A stretch of 64,000 nucleotides of DNA from Salisapilia sapeloensis CBS 127946 (Eukaryota; Protista; Oomycota), in NCBI GenBank assembly GCA_023334545.1, contig JAADVB010000043.1, positions 33,878 through 97,877 on the forward strand, in the 5' to 3' direction. Position numbers and translations under genes: made by a program. The notes beneath the pieces are model-generated. The model searched no databases, was not told where the DNA came from, and saw only the letters and a list, made by a program, of their open reading frames with translations. How positions within the stretch are numbered: the first letter of the stretch is position 1; every line of letters begins with the position of its first letter. This document shows positions 56,205 to 64,000 of the stretch, one piece after another.

Positions 56205-58346
56205 ATGACTCGATACGTGCTTCATCATCAGAAACATGTGCACACGTATTTGTCACCTATAGACACTTGGAAGTCTCATATGCGAAAGCCAGGATGGGAA
56301 AAGAGAATGCGGGAGACGGGGAGGTATCCAGACCCTGACGATATTTTAGGTGAAGTTTTGACAGAGCAGCGAGGCTTTGTGGAAGCAAACAAGTTACGCT
56401 TAAAAGCCAAGAACCATGCGCTTTCAGCAGCCGGAGGACGACATAAACTTAAAAAGAAGCTCTCACCATTAGGCAAGGAGCATTTACATCAAAACCTAAA
56501 AGCTATGAGTGCGCAAGAAAACATTTTGAAGATCAGAAACAAAAAGCACGACGTTGCTAAAGATAAAGAACCAACAAAAGGTCCCGTGGCAGTGCCTCAC
56601 CCGCAGCATCAATCATTAAAAGCCCACAAACAAAACTTTCGATGGCTTCTATTTAACCCAGAGGTACTTTCTGTGATTGAAAGTAAGCAGTTTCTTGATG
56701 CTTCCCAACTTCCTTACGACTTGATCATGCGCTTTGACTTGACATTGGAAGGCATGAGAGGAAGACACAAAGTGAAAACAGTGACAGCAAGCAAGCAAGT
56801 AAAGGGATTGCCAATCTATAATGCGTTATACGACTCAATATGGAAGGAGAGATACGCCTGTTATGACTTTGGATTTCCAAAACCTGCCCGGAATAATAAA
56901 CTGGAAAAGCATGGAATGAGGACAGCGGGGCCAGTATCCAAGGGTGCTGTAAATTTGGAAATGAAAGCCTCTTCAATAGATCGAAGTTCTCTAGGTCGAC
57001 CAAAATCTCGCTTAAAGGCAAAGCATGACGCTCAGGATGCTATAGAAGCTTTGCGGATGGCAGTTGAAGCTATCAACATTGACTTGAATGATCACCGCAA
57101 CCGTCTTGGTATGTATTTCAATGTGAATTAGCAATTCCTGGCTATATTATTCATATCATTCCGTAGTTGCTCAATCCTGTAGGGTTCTCGAAAATTGTGT
57201 TAACATCGAGCATACCGATCCAAGGATTCCGCCAACGATACGGAAATGGCTTGCCTGTGACCGATTATGCGTACACTCATCTATCTTGCTCTGCAATATA
57301 TAACACTCATGAAATATTTAAACGATAGCACATGATTCAATCATGGAGAAGTCGACAGATAGCTGCTGGTTTCCACAATATGAAAATATGCATGATCATA
57401 AGCCGACATCGATCTTGGACTATCAAGTACTGCAAATTGTACGCCATTCGTATTCTTTCACCATGAACAGACTATAATTTAAACGTGTGATTTATGAACT
57501 AGGAAAGCAGCACTGAAGCTTATGATATTATCTCGTCAACGCTTTCGGAGGTCTGTGCTACGGGTATGGGCTTATTGGGTTGAAGAAGGTCACGATCATC
57601 ATCAAATAGTAAACCTTGCTGCAGTGCTGACACTCCAAAGTTGGATGAGAAGGTTATGGAGTACGTGGTATACTAGATCACTACACATAAACGAGATGAC
57701 TATCATGATTCAAAGGATTTGGCGAGGTTACTATGATCGTAAGATGGCTGTTCGTAGAAAGCGGTATTTCCAGTACGATGCAGCTGCACGAAGTGTCCAG
57801 CGCAGCTATCGCGCGTACGGATGGCGCTACCGCCTCGGTGTCTATGTGCGAAAGCATCGATGTGCTCGGATCGTCACGAGGACCGTTCAAAGGTATATTG
57901 AGGGTAAACGAGCCTATGAGGCGTGGAAGCTGAAACTTCGGCGCTTTCATGCAACTATTTGCCTACAGAGATGGATTGATCGTAAGGTCAGGAAGATGCG
58001 ACTTGAGAAGTGGAGGCAACAACAGCGCGCCGAGGCCTCCAGGCGTGTGCAAAAGGCATGGCGTCGAGCAAAATTTGCTGCAACGTTTGGTGAGCGTGTA
58101 AGGGTAATGATTGAGCAGAAAGAAACTGCGGCAGTCACCCTGCAGCGAGCATATAGAGGGAAAGTAGCGCGATTTAGGTTTCACGCGCTACAGGATCGAA
58201 TAGAGGAGGCTACGAGGCAAGCCGTCTTGCGAGCTATGTGGGATAATGCATATGCAAGTACGATTCAGAAGTGGTGGCGAAGACGACAGCGAAAACAGCA
58301 GATAGATAAGGAGAAAGCAGAAGGAGGTTTTAGTGAGCTTAACTGA
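56205..58346 (+). CDS. Multi-IQ-motif (calmodulin-binding) protein
   Basis: ORFs 56205-57131 and 57522-58346 linked by small exons (donor CTTG|GTATGT near 57110). IQ motifs LQSWMR, IQRIWRGY, VQRSYRAY, LQRWI, VQKAWR, LQRAYRGKVAR, IQKWWRR. Confidence 0.75.
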
Positions 58347-58352
58347 CAGAAG

Positions 58353-59069
58353 TCAATACTTTAAAAGCTCATTCATTTTTGAGTTATTTGAGCGTATGGC
58401 GGCTAGTACTTCTTTCGTTTGTTTAGCTAGCTCCGGGTCGAGGAGAGGTGTAATTGAAGATAGACTTCGTCTTGAATCTCGAAGTTTCCTTTCATTCATT
58501 TTCACAGGAGATGCCTTGGGAGCTTCACGGAACTGTTCTGGTACGAGCAAAGTCGGAGCAGATTGAGACGTATGCAGTGGTTTTAAGACAACTCGCTTTT
58601 TGGATGGAGACTCCCGATGTTGATTTGTCTGATGCCTGTGGATGTTATCACGTACATACCCTTTAAAGTTTCTACTTTTGGCTCCGGTCGGATAAAAGAG
58701 CTTAACCTGTTCATTGTCAATACCAGTGTTCGCTTCAGCTTCCGAAGCTTCGTGCAAGTTGCAAGAAAGACCTGTATGTTCCAAGTCCGGGATCGCGATG
58801 GGCTGAAAGAGTAATAGCCGAACTTTGGCCATTAGCTCCAATGTTTCAGTGGAATGAGCTGCACTATTATCATTTGAGTCATCCGCATCTATGCTGGTCT
58901 TTGATGCAAATACTTGCGACTGAAACGTCATCACATCCATGTACGGTCCTCTGTATTTGGACCGTTCTCCTCGAGAGTATTCCTTTTGACGATTATCCTG
59001 CAACAGTTTCTTCGTCTCGGCACTTGTTCCTGCCGAAGGTTCGGACACAGACATCATGGTCAATACCAC
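58353..59069 (-). CDS. Hypothetical protein (about 238 aa; 5' structure uncertain)
   Basis: Long ORF with coding-like composition; a possible extra upstream exon near 59200-59090 could not be joined in frame. Confidence 0.5.
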   Translation of the reverse strand: MVLTMMSVSEPSAGTSAETKKLLQDNRQKEYSRGERSKYRGPYMDVMTFQSQVFASKTSIDADDSNDNSAAHSTETLELMAKVRLLLFQPIAIPDLEHTGLSCNLHEASEAEANTGIDNEQVKLFYPTGAKSRNFKGYVRDNIHRHQTNQHRESPSKKRVVLKPLHTSQSAPTLLVPEQFREAPKASPVKMNERKLRDSRRSLSSITPLLDPELAKQTKEVLAAIRSNNSKMNELLKY

Positions 59070-59307
59070 TAGAGAATGCTCAGGTGTACCTCAATATCGA
59101 GTTTGAAACTGCTGCTAGAGAAGGATTCTAATGCATCTTCGGAACTATTCAATGTAGCAAGCACAAAGAATGACTCCGTCCGTTTCACTTTAAACAAATT
59201 AGCCATCTCGGGTATAAAATCAAGCAAAACATCTTTTTCTTTTCTTTTCCATCCATCTTTTCATGCACATCGCTTTTTAGGCTAAAGCATACCTCGTGAA
59301 GACACAA

Positions 59308-59724
59308 CTAGTGCAAAGTCGAGATGAAGCGCTGCACAAATTCACGCTCACGCACTGAAAGTCCCCATACAGGTGCTCCTTTCACGACCAAACGGTTAAT
59401 AAGCTCCGCGTTCTCCTTGTCCTGGACCATTTCCTTCCACGAAGCAGCCTCCTGCTCAGCCGTTTCTTTCTCATGTCCACTCGCCTCCCACTCTTGCATC
59501 AGCTTTGCAAGTCGATCCCGATCTTCTTCTTCCGCCCTCGATCCTGGCTTGAAGGGAGGATCTTCCGTCCTCGTCTTTGCCGAGCCATAGAAGCCTCCCT
59601 GACCTTCCGACGGTTGTCCGCCAGAGTACGTCGTCAAGGCAGCTTTATGAATATGGGAAGACGCGCTCGAGACGCTTCCAACGCGAGGAATTGCTCGCGA
59701 CACAGCCTTACTCCAACGCAACAT
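59308..59724 (-). CDS. Small, probably mitochondria-targeted hypothetical protein (138 aa)
   Basis: MLRWSKAVSRAIPRVGSVSS is presequence-like; followed by GGQPSEGQGGFYGS and a helical C-terminus VKGAPVWGLS.REREF. Frame also open to the ATG at 59793. Confidence 0.65.
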   Translation of the reverse strand: MLRWSKAVSRAIPRVGSVSSASSHIHKAALTTYSGGQPSEGQGGFYGSAKTRTEDPPFKPGSRAEEEDRDRLAKLMQEWEASGHEKETAEQEAASWKEMVQDKENAELINRLVVKGAPVWGLSVREREFVQRFISTLH

Positions 59725-59850
59725 TTCTTCAGTTTCAGATTGATTCAAATGTCCGTGATTGGCTTCCTTGCGGATGATGTCCAGAAAACTCACAAGCCTT
59801 TAGATGTGCAAAGAGAGCATTTTTCTGGGCACATCGCCTGATTCTCCTAA

Positions 59851-59861
59851 AGGCCAATCAG
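59851..59861 (+). promoter_or_regulatory. Candidate CCAAT box (aggCCAATcag) in a divergent promoter
   Basis: Good match to the NF-Y consensus, lying between two head-to-head start codons (59724/59793 and 59990). Confidence 0.35.
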
Positions 59862-59989
59862 AAGGCACAGATCAGAATTGTCATTTGGCTACATTTCGTG
59901 TGCCTCTTGGAACGCCAACTTTCCATTCTCATCCCTCGCAACACATCTCAATCTACCCTGCCTAGCCTATACCAGCGGAAACAAATCTT

Positions 59990-61270
59990 ATGGATCATAT
60001 TACGGAACTACCATTGCTTCGACAGGATCGACAGAAAAGTGAACCGGTGCTGACATCTCAATCAGCCTACGGCTCATCGACACCCGTCGGTCAATCCCCA
60101 GTGGATGCCAGCACTCGCTTCAAAAGCATCTTTGCCGTAGCCGGATGGGTCGCTCTAGGCGTTGCAATTAGCACCTCGGTCATGCTTTTTAGTGGACATA
60201 ACTTGCAGTATGCGCAAACCAACGCTGTGGACTATACGCATAACGGCGCGACACCTCATTCAGTCCTACCGAACGTCGACTTGATGTCAACTTGTGCAAC
60301 CAACGGTATGGAGACAAACGAGACTGCGATTCAAGAAACGAAGAAGAAAGCTGCAAAGGCGAATACGTGGCTTTTAAAGGGTCCGGACCCGATCCTCGTG
60401 CACACGACGCTGCCTCAAGTGACGTCGCTCAAGGATCTACCAGAGCACTGGGACTGGCGAAACTATAAAAACACGGGTATTAGCTTAACGACCAGCATCC
60501 AGAATCAAATGGTCCCCAAGCCATGTGGATCCTGCTGGGCCTTTGCCACAACAAGTGCTCTCTCCGATCGTATCCGTATTGCTCGATACCTCAAGTATGG
60601 AACTGTGGGTACCGAGACGGTGCTATCTACGCAAGTGTTGCTCGACTGTGGCATGCGATCGTTTGGATCTTGTGAAGGTGGCGACCCTCGTTATGCTCAT
60701 AAATGGATCTATGAAAACGGCATCGTCGACTCGACTTGCAATCCGTACATTGCATCTCATCCATCGTACATGCCCACGGGAGGAACTTGTGGAGAGATGC
60801 AATGCCACACGTGTGACATGGACGGCCGATGCTACGCGATTAAAGATGCGAACAAACACTACATTTCAGAGTACGGAACGCTGAATGCAACCACGTCGGA
60901 AGAGTTTGAGCTGGAAGCTATGAACGAGATCTACCACCGAGGCCCAATTGTCGTCTCGATGTACTCTCACTCGCACGAGTATCGTAGCTACAAGGGAGGA
61001 TATGTCCTTCGAGACTCGACCAAGTACCCTGGTACAACGCACGTCGTGAGCCTTGTTGGCTGGGGCACGAACGACGAAGGTGTCAAGTACTGGATCGTTC
61101 GCAACTCGGTATGCATTGCATTGTATCATGAACATTATTTTGGTAACTGATATTGCTTTGGTCTGTAGGATGGTACGAGCTGGGGTGAGAATGGATTCTT
61201 CTACGCTGAGCGCGGTGTGAATACGTACAATTTGGAATTGCACGGTGCTTGGGCTGTGCCCGTCGTGTAA
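59990..61270 (+). CDS. Papain-family (C1A) cysteine protease, cathepsin X/Z-like, with N-terminal membrane anchor
   Basis: Exons 59990-61108 and 61169-61270 (60-nt intron). WDWRN, QNQMVPKPCGSCWAF (Gln, Cys), ALSDRI, THVVSLVGWG (His), YWIVRNS (Asn); TM segment IFAVAGWVALGVAISTSVMLF. Confidence 0.9.
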
Positions 61271-62744
61271 AGTATGCAAATAAGGCCATTCATGGGCATG
61301 TAAAAGATGCAAGATAAGTGTTGAAACGAGATATGCATCAATATAAAAGCGTCAAGTCATTAGAAAAAGATGTTTCTAGCAAACGTTTATGTTGATTGTT
61401 ATGTTAAAAGAGGGATAAGTCTATTATGCTAAAGAACTTTCAAAACATTTCTATCAGTGGCACATCTGTATCCAATATCGGTCAAAGTGAACGCATCCTC
61501 AGAGGACTGACGTACGCATTCTCTCTACCACGAATGAAGCTGCTTGGTTTGTTTAACGACAATTTGCAAGCCGGACATCCGATGCGTAATGTACGGACAA
61601 CCTCGGTCTCGTGCCGTGTATGTTTATGCTTTATACCAATGGCTCATTAGGCATGTCAATATGATGAGCGCATATATATGGAAATGGACAAAGAAACAAT
61701 ATCGCTGAGGTCAACGTTGTCTGTACCCTCTTCAGTCAGTGTTATCCATAGAGAGTCAAGAGAAATGGAATAGCACAAAAGATACACTCGTGGGATCTCA
61801 GGCACTGGTTACGACGGCGATATTTTAAGTCAGGTTGCTACTAGGTAGATAGATAGAGTTGTGAAAACTTGGATCTAGCAGCTAAAGACAGCAAGCGACA
61901 CCGTGAATTGAAACGAGATGCATAGGGGATTGCTTCTCCATCGACGATTAGCACAATGGCCCATGGAAGGCACCTGCTAAAAAATAATCTCTTGTAGTCT
62001 TGAAGAAGCCATTAAGATTAGCGCCGATCCATTCTTCAAGAAGTACAAAGAATATGGTAAAGAAATACCGAGACGATTGCAAAGCTAGCGAATAGCAATC
62101 CCTAGTTTCATCTGAGCTCTGTGATCAATTCGATTAGGACAATTAACCATGCTTTCGACAAAGACGCCTACATGCTAATATCCCAATCAAGGTAGTAGTC
62201 TGTCATTACTCTTATCCCCGATTTGATGGATAAATACACAGGTGCCTTCCTAGATGTCGAGTTGTCAAGTGCTCCTTTCAAAGCTGCATGTCTCTGAATA
62301 GACAAATGATCAGCAAGATACGTTCAACCCTACCAGAACGTCTACGATAAGATCGTAGCGTGGTTGCAGTGAGTACAAAAGGTCCTTGAACTTTGTTATT
62401 CAAGGCATGTATATCGAGGACTCTTTTAATGGAATAATCGCCTACCTTTTGAAAGCAGCTACCGACAAAGACATGGATGCCAGACAGCTTCGAAGTTTTC
62501 TTTCGTCTTGTTGTCTAGCGCCATAATCATTTCGATGGATTGCTTTTCACATGCACTTTCTCCTTTCGTCCTGTCTGCTCGATGCTTTTCGTTGATACGA
62601 AAGTTGGGATCAGGCGTCCCCCGAACTTCGACACAACTTCAAGGCAGATGTCTTGGAGTGGATTGGGACGCTATACAAAAAGCCAGTATAAACGTCTCAT
62701 ATTAGTGTATACGAAACATCAAAACTGCCAACAAATCGACCAGT

Positions 62745-64000
62745 ATGTCGGACGGTGGTCATGATCGTCCATTGGCACCTTTTGCTCAAGCCGATGATGA
62801 TACTGGTCTAGAAACCCCTGCTGGGTTCCATGATGACTCTCCCGGTGTTATGTACAACCGAGCTATGCCTGATGAAGTTCAAACAGAGGTACAAACTCCG
62901 TTCGACAGCAATGCTATTGTCTTCGTGCCTGGATCCCAAGGTGTGACTAGTGGGCACCTCGATCATGAACCCCCATCTACAGTCACGACGTACACTCAAT
63001 CAACTCCAGATGAAGATCTGACACAAATGGGATGGCCACATTCAGAATCCCAAATGACAAACGGTAGATTTTAGCTTGATGCTTCTGCATGACGCTATGC
63101 ATTTTGGTCTGAATGACTCACGATCCATAATATGCCAATAGCCAAGCCAAGATCTCGTAACTCCAACTGTGTGGCAAAGCAAGAGTTCATAAGAGATACT
63201 ACAAGTCCGCTAGACACTACTTCTGATGGTGACATTAAACCAACAAGAGTCGGCACGAAGGACGATGACAAGGATGATTCCCAATTGTCTGATGACATGC
63301 TTCCGAATAATTTAATCATACAAACCTATCAACGTTCCCATGAACCTGAAGCATCAACGAAGCGCAGGAGAATCTATCGTTCGCGCTTGGACGTAATGCC
63401 TCCGATTGACTCCCAGAGAAATGACGAAGAGGAAGACTCGGAATTCTTTGAAAAGAGAGCAGTGAAATCAAAACTAAGGAAGTTTAGGTCTAACCGCACA
63501 CGATCGACGCCAGCAGTACTACCGATGAGGCGCTTACGTCAGCAGACGGACGGAACAAGTAGTGATAGACAGCGACGTGCAAGTTTTTCAGATTTTGCAA
63601 GTGACCAAAGCTCAGCTTTAGATGCATCCCTTGCGAGATCGGATGATAGTGATACAGAAGTCGTTTACTTTCGACAATCAAAGCGCAGACAGTTATTGGA
63701 TGCTTCTAGTGAGAGCTCGGCGGACCCGTCCGCCAGCATTCGCATCGTGTTGACAGGATTAGAGAAAACAAATACTGTTAAAAAGCAAATTAAGGCGATT
63801 GAGGGGGCAGTGTATGAGAACGACGTGGAGAAGGCGACACACTTGGTCGCTCCGAAAGGCACATTGAAGCGGACGGTCAAGATGTTGTGTGGCATCTCCT
63901 GCTGCAAGCACATTGTGGATGAGCAGTGGCTAGTGGACTCTGCAGAGGCAGGTAAAGCAGTGGATGAAGAAGCATATTGCCTTCGAGATGCGTCGGCTGA
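62745..64000 (+). CDS. BRCT-domain protein (MDC1/PAXIP1/Rtt107-like C-terminus); runs off the right edge
   Basis: Exon 1 from 62745, intron near 63064-63139, then a frame open to the window end (absent from the ORF track): IRIVLTGL..VKKQIKAIEGAVYENDVEKATHLVAPKGTLKRTVKMLCGIS..IVDEQWL.DS. S/T-Q sites in the N-terminal part. Confidence 0.82.

Noticed and set aside
59070-59310. Possible stop-codon readthrough joining the mitochondrial orphan to the downstream ORF
   Set aside because: On recount the downstream open segment is in a different frame and has its own upstream stop.
1-64000. Prokaryotic-type systems (CRISPR arrays, defence operons, IS elements, prophage)
   Set aside because: Spliceosomal introns and eukaryote-specific genes throughout; no repeat-spacer array, transposase, integrase or terminal repeats seen.
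1-64000. rRNA, tRNA or snRNA genes
   Set aside because: No cloverleaf or rRNA-like conserved blocks found by eye; a GGTTCGAATC T-loop-like match near 46109 lies inside a coding exon. tRNAscan-SE and Infernal would be needed to exclude small RNAs.

Overview
This window is eukaryotic nuclear DNA, not prokaryotic. It is very gene-dense (about 30 protein-coding genes in 64 kb), with short GT-AG introns mostly 50-70 nt long. An oomycete origin is inferred from a transmembrane PX-PH phospholipase D (PXTM-PLD type), tandem C-x4-C-x9/10-C-x2-HGGG zinc-repeat genes, CAMTA, a GH17 glucanase and a full-size ABCA transporter. Recognisable genes in order: degenerate HAD-like protein (partial), Rab32/38-like GTPase, mitoribosomal mL40-like, CAMTA, sepiapterin reductase, APRT-like, tandem-DEP protein, Fab1/PIKfyve-like lipid kinase, Na+/H+ exchanger, ABCA, FAHD1, two zinc-repeat paralogues, family III CoA-transferase, a 4-exon Sen15-like gene missed by the ORF track, MSS51-C-domain protein, PXTM-PLD, a large coiled-coil protein, neutral ceramidase, GH17, NRDE2, IQ-repeat protein, cathepsin X/Z-like protease and a BRCT protein (partial). 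The strongest signal is that two unrelated phospholipid-signalling enzymes, the PIP kinase and the PLD, each carry a complete DysF (dysferlin/Pex30/TECPR1-type) module, suggesting a shared lipid-sensing input. No rRNA, tRNA, CRISPR array or intact mobile element was seen. Exon models were read by eye and family calls rest on remembered motifs, not database searches.
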